This document shows positions 1-13,200 of a stretch of DNA of 64,000 bases, piece after piece. Under the pieces are notes generated by a model that saw nothing but the letters and a program-made list of their open reading frames with translations, searched no databases and was not told where the DNA came from. The first letter of the stretch is position 1. Every line of letters starts with the position of its first letter. The translations under genes and the position numbers were made by a program. Source of the stretch: Diadema antillarum (Eukaryota); assembly GCF_040938485.1 (NCBI RefSeq), contig NW_027271899.1, forward strand, positions 620,001 to 684,000. Reading direction: 5' to 3'.

Positions 1-1525
1 GCAATTTAATCAAATCTGCCCGAGGTATTCTCAAGTTTCACTGTTTTTTGTCTTCTTGACACTTAGCTCTAGGATCCTCTCTTGAACAGCCACTGTTTCT
101 GTGCAAAAGCCTCCTTTCAAATGCCACTTTGGATTAGATGGGTGCTTGCCCGATAATAGAATGTCATCTTTACAGCGGGATAGGGCCAGAGAAAGGGGGG
201 GGGGGTACATTTATTATTCAATTCAATTCAATTCAATGTTTTATTTCATTTTTCGACAAGAACATATAAACATCACTTCTTTTTTTGTTAACAAAAAATC
301 AGGTGCGTAAAACTATGTAGGATGAAAAGAATATACAATAATTGTAGCACCTTGCAATAATTACACATTATCATAAAACTCAAGTGATTTGAAGTAAGTA
401 ACCATTGTGGATAATTCGAAAAATGGAGGGACCCACTAAAATGACAAGTCTTGTAGAATGTGGGCCCCTCAGACGAAAAACATCAATTAGAAGTAAAGAG
501 AAGGTCTGGAAGCCCACTATAGAAACAGATCAACAAAACAGACACATGTACACACGTAAAAATTTATTCAGATGTCTGGATATCTTGCGATTGATACAAA
601 AATGACAGCTCAAACATGCTCTGTTGGAGCAAGGAACATGAATTCATCAGGTAGTTAAACACTCACACCTTTTCATTTGTCTCCATACTGCAAGCTACAA
701 TGCTGTGTTGATATCTTCATTAGATCGATAAAGCTTATGCCCTCACTATCATACCCTCATATCGAATGTGATCACAGACATTTTTAGTGTCAAGAGGTTC
801 ATGTTTTCCTTCATACTGAAACCTTGGCAAAAATGACAATAACTCTTGAGGAAACAATCCCTTCACTAGACATATTTAACAAAAACAAAAGTTCGAGGAA
901 AACAGCAACCCTGCTTGGAGCAAATCAAAATCACTCCCTTACCTAGCAAACAATGCCAAACATATTTTCCATGACTAAACAGAACAGACTAGTTGTATTA
1001 AAAAATTTTAAAACTCCTCAGGAAAAGATGTAAATACAGGTAAACCTTTTCTGTAATAAACAAAAATAAATGGATGCTTCTTTTCCTACAGTCTATGATC
1101 AAACCATAGCATTCACCTGCTCCCTCCAATTAAGTTTTATCAGTCAGGAATTCACATAGCATTCATCAATTGTTACTCTGCAGGGAAAGCCTCTGGCAAG
1201 CTTTGTGGTTGTTAAGTCAATCTTTTGTGAACCAAGGTATGCATAGAATTCGAATATATCTTACAGAAGCAGCCTATTCAAAAGTAATATACATACAGCC
1301 TTTACAACCCCTCCATTCCTAGCCACAATTGATTAATGATAAACAGCTGGGAGCATTCCTAAGAACATTTCTATGTGCTAGGTGTTGGCCTCGAGAAGAA
1401 ATTAACACAATACCAATGCTGGGGGAATTCTTTCAAACATTCCAGTCACTGATTGAAAGATGCCAGGTGTTACGACAAAAGCCCAGGGTCCTGCTTTGTC
1501 AAAGCAGTTCACAACAAAACACCAC

Positions 1526-1526
<1 letters not shown>

Positions 1527-1583
<57 letters not shown>
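1527..1583. repeat. (CA)n microsatellite
   Basis: Direct reading. Confidence 0.95.
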
Positions 1584-1586
<3 letters not shown>

Positions 1587-4474
1587 TCCACTTCACACAT
1601 ATAATCAATTTTCATTCATTCCTTGAATGCTGTTCCTAACCAGCAGAAAGCTGGCACCTTTGAGCCTGTATGGCATAGCAACCACTGAGCGTGCAAACTG
1701 GATTTAAAAAAGATACTTTCTAATGTTTTCAAATCTAAGTTAAAAGGATACCTTTTTCTGCTCAGAACGTAGTAACACGCTACCCCATCCACCCGTACAT
1801 ACTCAAAAACACTTAAACACTTGGGATGCATTTTGTATACTATTAGTTGTTGCTATGTTGTGCAAGCCTCAGGCAAGCTTTCTGACTGGCAGGAAAAGTC
1901 GTTGTCATGGAAATATGCATAAAATTTTAATACATCACTGAACTGGTCTAAAGATACTAGTCTTCAGGAGGAATAGGGGAATTAGAAAATTAAATTCTCA
2001 GTGAAAATTTAATCCAAAATTCATACATTAACAGCTGCTGTTTCCATGGAAACAACCATTCAGTACTTTAGCAGTCATTGCAATATAGATTATCATTAGC
2101 CAAGGTCACACTGGCAAAGCTATGAGAAGCTTAACTTTGAGAACACTTGATAGCAAAGTTTGCTTGTTCATTCACACTGGTGGCCAAACTTCTCGAAGTT
2201 TCAATTCTCAAAGTTTGGGTCACGGGTGCGCATAGGCAACAAAGAAGAAAGTATACACCGTCTGACAGCTGCAAGGCACTGCAAACAGGAATTAGACCAG
2301 TCACATGACTAACTTTGCGCAGTTTCAGCTGCATGTGTTCAGACTGCTCAAACTTCAAGAAGATTTGCGGGGGTTTTGGAAATTTCCCTAGTCATACCAC
2401 TGGTGGGAAGTTTTGTGGGCAGTAATAGGGAAGTTTGTGGTCACAGTGGCAAAAGTTTAAGAACTTCAATTCCAAGAACTTAATAGTTTTGCCAGTGTGA
2501 ATGTAGCTATTGAAATTTTCAACAATCTTACCGGTAAACATCTCTGTGAGAATCAGGCTATGCCAGAAATCTACCAGGTATATCAAATACAGCAATAACA
2601 CATGTTGTAATAAAATGGGCAGATCTGTGACTTATCACACTTTTCTTGGTCTTTCCCCTCTTTTTTTCCCACCCCTCCCTCATAAAAGGAAACGACATGG
2701 AGAATTTCAGATACCTGAGACATGGACAGTAATACATTGATGTCCTAGGCATCTTGATCAATTGAAACATAGAACGATACAAATAGATAAAGACATGTAA
2801 ATATATATAGTTTGATAGATGGGGAATAGAAAAATAGGCTGTACCAATATAGAAGTTGTAACAAACATATGCTAGATCAATTAATTAGGCATTAAGAGAA
2901 AGAGACGAAGAGTCTGTACAGCACACCAAAATAAACAGAAAAGAGAGAAGAAAGAAAGAGGAGAGAAAGTCTCATAACTTAAATACCCTGCAGAGGGTAT
3001 TACAGGGAATCTTCACGCGTGGTCAGAAAAGCCAACTCACTAATGAAGAGAAATCTTTAAAACGCCTGCCCCTCATAAAGTAAAAATAGAGAGACAACCT
3101 TAGTTGAGATTACAATTCTGCTAATAGCCTGTTCTCTCTCTCCGCAAACCATCTCAATATTCGGTAATTGATCTCCCAAACACTTGTCATCGTAAATGGC
3201 AATTTTGTTTAATCCGTACGTCTCGGGGGCCCCAAAGGAGTGCGAGGCGAAGTATGTCTTGCGGACAGGAAGTTGATTGCACCGTTAGTGGAGCTTCAAT
3301 TAATTGACTCTCCTCAAAATGTTTCCACAAGCCCACTTAATTTACTTCCGACGGACGGCCACGGGGTGTCGGTGGAAAAGTGACTAACACACTCCAGGAT
3401 CAATATCGGCCATTGCGAAAAGGAACAAAAAGACCGACCTTTTATCTTCAATTTAGCACCCTTTCTAGAGACACAAGCAAAGACTTTTAGAGCTTTTTCT
3501 CTTTTACTAACATTCTCACCTAGAAAAGCAAACAACATTACACGCAGAAATGTAAGACAAAGAAATTCCATTCATTCTATCTGATTTACAACAAATTCAA
3601 GGTCATAGGCTGCTCTTAACTTGACTGTTTTTTTAGGTTTGGTCCTCACTTGTGTAATAATCATCGTCACATTCCTTCTGCAATGGTATCATCTGATTCT
3701 GCTTTCACCTTTGAAGGCCATTAGGCCACATATCCTAGCAGCTCAAATCAACAAACACAAAAGAGTTATCTATGGGACTGGGAGAATGACATTTCTTCTT
3801 TTCTTCCTTCACTGGTGGTTTCCAAAACCAGCTAGTCTTGCGTCACGAGTTTGCTGGTCTGTAGAATTCATTGCCGATGGGGCGCTACACATACCTTCTC
3901 TCGCCACAATCAATACACTACTTTAGGGTGCTTACTGCAACTACTGTATACTGCATAGACACTTTGGTAGTCAACTGATTTTCACTGAGGACAAGCTGAT
4001 TTTGCTTTAACACATTTTTGCCAGACACCTGCCAAGTTTACTTCAAGGACTGGTCTTCAATGGGTTAACGATATGCCAAAATACTGCCTTCCATGACACC
4101 AATGAATTGAATATCATCTCTTAAGTAGGAAGTGGCTTACTTTGCTGCCTGGAAATGGATCATATGTATTTCTCGTGATGTTGCGATGGTTTTCAATAAT
4201 GAACTTAAATACTTGCACAATTGTATTGCATGTCCAGATTCCTGAAGTACCACGCCTGCTGAAATGAGGCATATACAGCATGAGAGCATCACATGGAAAG
4301 TTTAGGGGAAACAGACAGAGAAGTACGCTGACCAAAGAGACTACTTCACAAGAGAAACTTAGAGTAAGGATAGAAAGATTTCAAATGAAAAAAAAAAACA
4401 TAAGGTAGAGACAGATATCTTGGCAGCAGGTTGGAAAGAAGGAGAGAAGAAGGGAAGAAAGGAAGAGAAAGAGA

Positions 4475-4476
<2 letters not shown>

Positions 4477-4516
<40 letters not shown>
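4477..4516. repeat. (GA)n microsatellite
   Basis: Direct reading. Confidence 0.95.
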
Positions 4517-4519
<3 letters not shown>

Positions 4520-4641
4520 AGATTGATGAAGAAATAGGTGCAGATAGAAAGAGATGCACATATATATGTATATCGCTCCAGACATGAGAGTAAATGAATA
4601 CAGAAAAATGTGTTTGTCTGATCTTGTACATCTCTAACAGA

Positions 4642-4772
4642 NNNNNNNNNNNNNNNNNNNNNNNNNNNNNNNNNNNNNNNNNNNNNNNNNNNNNNNNNNN
4701 NNNNNNNNNNNNNNNNNNNNNNNNNNNNNNNNNNNNNNNNNNNNNNNNNNNNNNNNNNNNNNNNNNNNNNNN
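4642..4772. other. Assembly gap (N)
   Basis: Run of N. Confidence 1.
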
Positions 4773-6307
4773 CATCACACACCAACAAATCATCCAGCAG
4801 GAGGCAGCAAATGAACAAAGTCAAAATTTTTCATCAAGGTGTGCGGAGCTCAGCAGAAGAAACAACCACCATGTACCACGGACAAATCTTACCAATTCTG
4901 TGTCAATTCATCTCTGCCCTGAACTCCTTCCATGGTGGTGGTGGGGGGGGGGGGGGGGGAGGGGGTGGGGGATGAAACCTGAAGCAAGGCAGGTATACAA
5001 GTGGCATACTGTCACAAGAGGGCAGCATACACACAAACATAGAAGGGGACAAAATCCATGCCTGGTGGTCTACAGTTGCGCTTCTCAACCTTTTTCAACC
5101 CGAGGCCCACTTTGGCTGCGAGAAATTATATTGAGGCCCATAGTTAGATCAAAAATGAATCTTTTTTATTTCATTTTTGATCGACATCGCAGCCCATCTG
5201 GGAGAGCTTCAGGGGTCTACAGCACATGTTCCTTCGCCTGGTTTTATTGCTGTCTGGGACATTCTCTAGGAGACGCACTCGCAGTGTCAGAAACAGAGCA
5301 ACAAGAGTCAGTTTCTTCAGCCTCTGAGCACATGTAATTTACACTTCAGTTTTCTGGAGGGGGAAAGGGATTTTCCCCTCTGAATAGCAAACCCATCATA
5401 CAAAAGTATGGAATGTTGCTACGAAAAAAACAATATATTTCCTAAATCTAAGCAAGCAGATAAAAATCACATATGACAAGGAATGGTGAAATGACAACTT
5501 TTTCACTAAAAGTTGGCAGCATCAAACAGTTTTGCAGTTTTTACTTCCATTTTGAGCTATCACCATACAACACACGTCTGCAGTGGAGAGAGCATTTAAG
5601 TTGTACTTGAAAAAACACACCCTGATACGTTACACACAGTTTTTCACATACCTATTGTATGCAACATATTTAGCAAGTCTATCTTTAAATTTTTTGCATA
5701 TCAGGTCTTCCCAACAATTTTGCGAGTGGTTAGATTTGTGATCGTGGAGTACAGCAAAGGATGGAGAAATCGGTATCATTGATGCAAAATTAACAATCTT
5801 GCATTGAAAACAAGAATGCTATATCTAAACTAATGAAAAAACAAAAAACCTCAAGATTTGCAGGCACTGCAATGTAGTCCTAAAATCATTCCAAGATCAT
5901 TCAAATGAAGCAGACATTCACAGCACTTTTACTACCCGTATTCACTAATACATGCAAAAACATGATTTAAACATGTGCCAGTATCACGTCTGTGTGCTAT
6001 ACATGTGTTGTACTGGTGCTGCTATGTAAATAATCATCAGGATCAGTGTTAATATACTAATTTGTTGTAATATTCACAAAAAGCACCAGACTTGTAAAAA
6101 TTCACGAAAATAAAAACCCTGCAAAATACATGCTGTACAAAGTATTCATATTGGCCTGTGTCCCAGGGATATAGCCCTAAGCCAACTGTTCATGTGGATA
6201 AATGGCTCATTTAATGAATATTGCCTTCAGGCCTCCTTCAATTCTGCCTTGATCGAGAAGGGGGGGGGGGGGGGGGGGGAGGTTGGAGGAAAGCGTGCAG
6301 CACTTAC

Positions 6308-6539
6308 ATTTTGCCGAGGCTCTGCACTTTGGTGACCAGTGACTTCTGGAGGGCGGTGAGCATGGCCTGATGGCTGGACGACCCCTGCCGCAGCTTCAGC
6401 CGCGTCCCGTGGAGGGTCAGTAGTCGCTCGGCCCACCTCAGGTAGTACTCCAGGTGGGGGGAGGCGGCCAGTTTCCCGGCAACATAGCTCAGCATCTTCT
6501 CCACGTAAGTGTCCGGCAGGCTAGCACAGACCAGGTCAA
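6308..6539 (-). CDS. PWP2: PWP2 exon 17 (DLVCASLPDTYVEKMLSYVAGKLAASPHLEYYLRWAERLLTLHG...LQKSL...LGK)
   Basis: Bounded by aatccag| and |gtaagt, 232 nt, HLEYYL.W motif. It ends in phase 2, so at least one further exon must follow. Confidence 0.95.
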
Positions 6540-8177
6540 CTGGATTGGGGGAAGCACAGGAAAGCAATATACCTTTAGTTAATAAATAAAATATTCTACA
6601 CCATATTCTTCTTGGGGTACATGTAATACCGAAACTAATTTCTGGACATGTGACCTGGAGAAACCAATATCTACAAAGAAAACTGAATTGCTCCAAATTT
6701 CGTAGACAGATTAAAGTTCGTTGCGATGTCATTATTGGGGTCTTCTAATTTCCCTGCAAAACTTGTGCACTCAAACCTGCCTTATTTGGCAGCTACCTGC
6801 CATGTACGACCCCTAAAAAAATTTCCCCCGAAAGAAAAGTTATGTTACAGACCCTGTCTAAAGCGGCCACCTGCCTATAACAACCACTTTTTACATCTCC
6901 TTTGGGTTACCACTGAAGACAAGTTTCACCATTCTTTTCCCAGCCTGCTGCATTTACTGTAGAGTCAAACCTGCCCGCAGCAAACCTATGTCCATCAGGA
7001 CTACACAATTTTTTTTCCTTTGAAAGCCTTTAATAAGGTAATGAACCCATCTTTTAATTACCACTTGCCCACAATGACCATTTCACATTAATATCACTTT
7101 ATACAGAAATTATACAATGATCTTGCTTTAATTACTTATCAACATATACTGAAGAAAATAAATCCTTAAAGAAAGGCAATTAACAGCACAGCCCCTCCTC
7201 CCCCCCCCCCTCAAGAAAAGAGAAAAATATGCCAGAGGGAAGAAAATAGCAGTTAAATATAGATAAAGCATTCTTGAATAGTATTCCTACATCATTGCAG
7301 CATTGCACACATTTTGAAGAATATGGTAATGTCTGCAAAGAAGCTACCCCTTTACTCCAGAGGGCAGCAAGAATGAAACATTGCAAGGCACAAACAATTA
7401 CTGCATCAACTTGCTCCGGCATGGAAAAAAAAAAGAAAGATACCACACAAACGAATTTCATCTTGGCCCCGCGAACTCTTGCAGAAGTCATATCACCCGG
7501 ATCGGCAGAGGTTTCAAGATACGGCCAATATTGTCCTGGCTTAATGCGCAGGCAATAAAATTAACTGTAGCATGAAATTACATTCAATTACACTAAAATG
7601 GGCTGTGCCCTGCAGAGAGGATACCAACAAACAAACATACAAACAAACAAAAGAAGCAAAGCATCTCTCTATCTCTCTTCTGCTCTCTCCTGTTCTATTA
7701 CCAGGTAATCTCAGCTACATCCCTCCTCCTCCACGAATTGAGTCGGTAGCTGGAGGAGTCTAGCTTCGAGTGATACTGCCTGTAATCGAGGTCTCATTTT
7801 AATTGAAACAGGTGGTTTTGCTGTTGAGAATTGTTGCCTGCTACACAGCTAACATCAATTAGGGCGGAAAGTTTTTAAAAAAAATGAAAAGAAAGAGAAA
7901 AAGAAAAGACGCAAGGAAAAAATGCATAGCACAGCAGAAACATGTGGCGTACATCTACTAGATTTCTCTGTATATGTCATCTGCCGCATTCGCAATGAAC
8001 ATTTTTCCTGTCTCGACATCAATAACCGGCGAAACGCAATACCCTATCTGTGTTAAGAAGGTGTAAAGTGAGAAAAAACAAACTTTGGAATGTTTCTGGT
8101 TGTCAGTTGGCGAAAGGAAAGTGAGGGAGCAACAATTTATTCAAAGGACTTATGAATAAAAGCAAAACCAAGCAGAA

Positions 8178-8182
<5 letters not shown>

Positions 8183-8222
<40 letters not shown>
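8183..8222. repeat. (TG)n microsatellite
   Basis: Direct reading. Confidence 0.95.
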
Positions 8223-8224
<2 letters not shown>

Positions 8225-10769
8225 CACAAGTCTATCATATTGGTAAGCTATAAAAAAATAGATTAAAATTCTGGCAAATTATGAGAAAGATGTAGCCATT
8301 TAGAACAATGGCAGATCTACAAACCTGGAGACTTTTAGATGTCTTGATGTTTCGGTCACACTACTACGGCATCAACATGGGTGACTCTTTTTTTTAAAAT
8401 TCATTTATTATCTTTTTTTTTCTTATACAAATAACAAATTTGTTTGTGTTTTTTTTCTCTGTGATCATCATTCACAGATTACCTTCTTCTGTCATGAATC
8501 TCAAAGCTGACATGTGCTCTGTATACAAAAAATGTGATTACTTTGTCTAGCCAGGGAGGCTTGTAGTATTCGAAAAAGGAAAGTGGGTACAAAGAAGGCA
8601 CGAAATGTGCAACCTGTCACATGACCAATTATCACTGCTTGACATCACAGATGAAAACATTCTCTGGCTAAAAACTTTGTTGTGGAGAGGGAAAACATAA
8701 GAAGTTTGGCATCCTAACATCAACTACTGCCATTTCCCTCACCCCCCCCCCCCCAACAGTGGAAGTAATTAGGCTGCAATAACTTGAGACATTTAATGGT
8801 CTAATGATACTAAATCAGTGTAACAGCCTTGCCCTTTTATACACACGCATGCTTCCCTATCTTCTTTTGCTTTTTGTCGTCTACACGCCACCATTGCCTC
8901 ACTGTACTACGGGTGCTTTGCTCACGGTTCGTGCCAATGATTGACTGATCGAGAGAGAGAGGGAGAGCTCAGAGAAAACAGTGCGCAGACGCTACGCACA
9001 ATTTGTCACTCCTCATTTCCTAATTAGGCTCGTCGCCAAGGTGGTCCGACAAGTTGAGATTCAAGGTTGCGCGCAGGAGGTTGTGCTCCTTCTGAAGGCA
9101 CATCAAAATCAGATAACGAAGGTATCCAACTGCCACATCAGACTTGACATACAGTACCTTCCCCTTAATGAAAAGTGCTCGGCGCCGGGAAACACCTAAA
9201 TGCAATTTCTCTGGCAATAGAGGAGGAGAGTCTCTGCAACTTACGCCAGGAACTTCTTTAGAATGCTGCAACATTTTCACAGGGGAAGGCTGTTGAGTGT
9301 GCGACAATCGGTTTTCTTGAGCTGAACAGTAATGAAATGGGTCAAACTTAGCCCTGAAAGGCTGTCTTTTAAATTGTCCATTGCAAAATGCATGAAAACG
9401 TTGACCCCTTTCCATCTGACATCATGTAATTATCATCTGGTTGAATGTAATCCTTAAACCATTATGTGCAATTTCTATAAAAAAAAGAGAAATAATCTAC
9501 TATATACACTTCTAGTTGAAAGCACAAAGAGTATGTGAAGTGTGAGTTGATAGTAATTCAGGCTGTGATTATACTTGTATATATGACAAAGTCTTCATGA
9601 CCAATTCTTAATCCAATTCATACAGAAAATTTTGATTGAGTATCAGAAACAATGACTATTCTTTATTTTCTGATTTCATGAAAAAAAACCATACAATGAA
9701 AACACCACAAAAATGAGGAAAAGTAAATGCCAAGTTCTAAGAAGGATATAATCAATGGGCCATTATATGATACAAATTCCTATTCCTGAGTCACTACATG
9801 CATCTAGTGTCATATTGGGCCATTCCAGTGCTCCATGCTCCAAGCAGATATGATGGAAATAGTGCAAAATGATAATATATGATGTGTAATTTACGTACAT
9901 TCATGAATGGATTGATATTCATTAATTTTGCTTCATTTTACATGCCATTACCAGACCTCCCAAACTTTCTGACTGAAAAATAGGGATGGTTTGGTTCAAA
10001 AGTAGGAAAGAAAGAGCAGTTCCTCTATGAGTGTGTCGTAAAATTATCAAGAAAAATAGGAAACTCCTATTGAAACAAGGGCTGGGAATGGGTAAAAATT
10101 CAGATTCTTTCCTTCAAATTCAGAATGGTTGGGAGGTCTGCATTACTGTCCAATTAGAATCCTTCATTTTAATTGCACAAGTCCTATGCAGTAGCTTGAA
10201 GTCAGACAAAGTTGTTCATTTCTGACAAAACAAATCTGACAGGGAAAGATATCAAAGTATTCCCCCCCCCCCCAATTCCTGCCAAAGAAAGAGATACAAC
10301 ATTAATCAAAGAGAATGACTGGTTTCGCTAACACTCATCATGGATACACAGTTTAATTTCTTTGTCGCCATCCTGATGTACCAAACACACCTTACGTACT
10401 CAAAGATTCCACATGTGTGGAAGACCAGAATTTGGGTGTGGCAAAACCATCACTACTGTCATTTCCTCTCAAGGAGAAAAACAAAAACAAAAACAAAACA
10501 AACCAAATAAAACAAAACAAAACAAAACATACTCACAAACACACTCAAACAAACAAAGCCTGGAATACAGATTTATCTGGTGTGTAAGATTAAGACTCGC
10601 TGAAATAGATTGCCCCTATCTCGGTATGACATCTTCATCTGGAGGTTTGAGGATGCTATCAGCTCACGGATGTTTTCCAGCCGTGAATGCCCAGGTGAGA
10701 AATTGAGTAACATCCTCACCTCATCCTCTTGCCCCCCCTCCCCCCCTCCACCACCACTAATTTCCATCT

Positions 10770-11500
10770 CCTCTCCTTATGCAATGCAAGGCAGGATAAA
10801 GGTTGTTGTTGTGTTTTTGTTTTTGTTTTTTATTGGGGGATGGGTAGGAGAAAGGGAGAATATTGCAACATCCATGCCTCCAAATCTTATTCCCCTCTCT
10901 GAGAATTGCTGGATGAAGTTTCCTACAATGGAAGGGTATGGGGGGGGGGGGGAACCAACAACTAATATTTAGGCTTCATAACCTCTTCAGCTTTTTCCTC
11001 TTTGCTGGTTACGATGGATAAAAGTGTGTGTGGGGGGGGGGGCGGGGGGGGTGAGGGTGGTTCTATGACATTGTTTGCTATCTATTCCACTCCCAGTTTT
11101 TTTTTCCTCCTCTCTATGAAAATGCATGATGAAGTTCTACAGGAGGGGATGTGGGAAATATAAAGTGGCAGCTATACTACATGACCTATCCTACCCCATT
11201 CATCTTCTTCGCCCCTCTCCCAAAGGATTGCTGGATAAAGTTTTTGAAAGTGTGTGTGTGTGAGTGTGTGTATGTGTGGAGGTGGGGCAATTCGAAGAAC
11301 ATCTAGCTTCACAGCCTATATACTGTATGTCATTTCTTAGTTTATTCCCTTCCCTATAGGGTATGCTGGATGAAGTTTCTTAAAGTAGAAGGGGGGGGGG
11401 CATAAGGAGGAGTTAAGTGACTGCATTGCTTCATAGCCAACCCCACCAATAACTTTTCTCCCTCTCCTGTGGAAACCCTGGATTAAATACTTCAGGTTGG
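10770..11500. repeat. Degenerate ~105-135-bp minisatellite with G-tracts
   Basis: Core (G/C)CTGGAT(G/A)AAGTT-like at ~10791, 10908, 11013, 11124, 11230, 11365 and 11478. Each core follows CCTCTC and precedes a G- or GT-run. Confidence 0.55.
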
Positions 11501-12146
11501 TGAGTGTGGGGGTGGGATGCCTCCCCCCCTCCCCCCCCCCCCCCCCCCCCCCCCCCCCCACATACAATGGTGCCGGCTGATCGGTTGCTTGCTCCCATCA
11601 CGCAGGATATTGCCATATTTTTCACTGGTCCACGCATCCCGCTTTCTCATTTTTAATTTCACCTGATGCAAATATGATACTTCGTACACATGACAGGGAA
11701 AGCAATAAACTCCAAGGAGATGGAGAGAACGAAAGAGGAAAGATTAAAAAAACAACAACAACAACCAGAAAACAGTCTAGACATGGAGACAGAAGAACAG
11801 ATGGACTAAGAACTACAAGATGAAGATGAACAGAAATAGACACAGAAAAAGAAGTAGCTCCCTAGAGGCAGAGACAGAGACAGAGCAGAAAAAGAGAGGT
11901 AGATGATATATAGAGACAGAAAGAGAAAATGAGAGGTAGATGGATATATAGAGACAAATATATCAAGAAAAAGAGAGAGAGAGAAAGATGGGTATACCAT
12001 GCACGCTGAAGTTCCTAAGTGACATTGAGAAATGGATGGAAACGTGCTAGAAAATACAGAAGCACTTACTTTTTAATAAGGAAACTCTATACAAAGAACA
12101 CTACTATAAACTGCACTTAGAAATGCCCAAATAAAGCTCCATATAA

Positions 12147-12222
12147 ATGCAATTATTATCATTACTATTATCATTATCATTGATATTATTATCATTATCA
12201 TTACTATTACTATTACTATTAC
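12147..12222. repeat. (ATT/ATC)n microsatellite
   Basis: Direct reading. Confidence 0.85.
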
Positions 12223-12694
12223 CAACAGATGATGATGGAAGTAGGTGTCTGTCATATCTTCCATGTGTTGTTTTTGCTGGGTGTCCACAACTGCATTTAC
12301 TTCATGTTTTTATTTTTTTAAACTCCCTTTTTACAAGATATCATGCATTCCAAAGAAGTATCTTCCAGAAGGAAAACTACATCAGTCAACTTGCCAACCA
12401 TGCCTTTTTTTCTCCCTGTAATTTGTGGCTAGTACATACAAGCTTTGTGAAAGACTGTAAAACTACTGGTAAGCTAACACAGCACAAAGGTAGCACTACA
12501 CAAAGAATCAAAATAGCTTTTAAGCATCTTCATTACTCACTAGTGCATTGACCTCCATCTGTGTCCTACATTTGATATGACATAGTACCTCCATATACAC
12601 TCATGGCAGTTTTTCCCTTAATGTACACTATGTAAGTAGCATGCTTTTTTTCTTTTATCAGATTCTGTTCACTTTTCACCCCCTCCTCCAGAAA

Positions 12695-12790
12695 AATAAA
12701 TAGATAGATGAATAAATAAATGAATAAACAAACAAATGAATAAATAAATAAAAAAATAAAAAAATAAATGAATAAATAAATATATGAAAT
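12695..12790. repeat. (AAAT)n low-complexity tract
   Basis: Direct reading. Confidence 0.85.
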
Positions 12791-13186
12791 AAAAAAAAAA
12801 CCACACAATTACAGTGAGATACATGTGTACATCTATAAAACTTGTAATACAATATCCAACATACACAGTACATGTATGTCAAGGGTAAATTGGAATTCTT
12901 TATGTGGGTAACAAAAGATACACAAATCCATTCTTTTGTAATATCTATCGAATAAATTTTCATACAGCCTGAAATTATAGAGTGCCATGTATTGTGCTGT
13001 GCAAGTCATTACAATTTCTGGAAAAAAAAATGTGTGAATTATAAAAGCAAAGCAAAGCAAAGGAAAAAAAAAATCATGACTGCTTGCTGTACAAAGAAGG
13101 ATAGGAAAGAGCATATATCCCCGCCTCTGATCAGTCCCATTCGTGGCCTTCGTCAAGTGGTATCTGTCTCCTGTGGGATAGTATAT

Positions 13187-13200
13187 GTTGCCATGGCAAC
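13187..13200. promoter_or_regulatory. Perfect palindromic RFX X-box GTTGCCATGGCAAC in unique intronic DNA
   Basis: Exact match to the GTTRCCATGGYAAC consensus. Function is untested. Confidence 0.4.

Noticed and set aside
1183-1235. Plus-strand exon-like segment (ctctgcag|...CAAG|gtatgc)
   Set aside because: It is an isolated 53-nt segment with no partner exons or homology.
2195-2308. Minus-strand frame SCDWSNSCLQCLAAVRR resembling the PWP2 tail CSWNHYNMQYALAV
   Set aside because: The only nearby acceptor (aagttag) has no pyrimidine tract and gives phase 0, which is incompatible with exon 17 (phase 2).
4346-5337. Long ORFs around 4346-5337
   Set aside because: They are produced by the N gap, GA microsatellite and G-runs, and show no homology.
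5525-5621. Minus-strand candidate terminal exon VCFFKYNLNAL...
   Set aside because: The phase is compatible, but similarity to PWP2 tails is weak and out of register, and the acceptor is poor.
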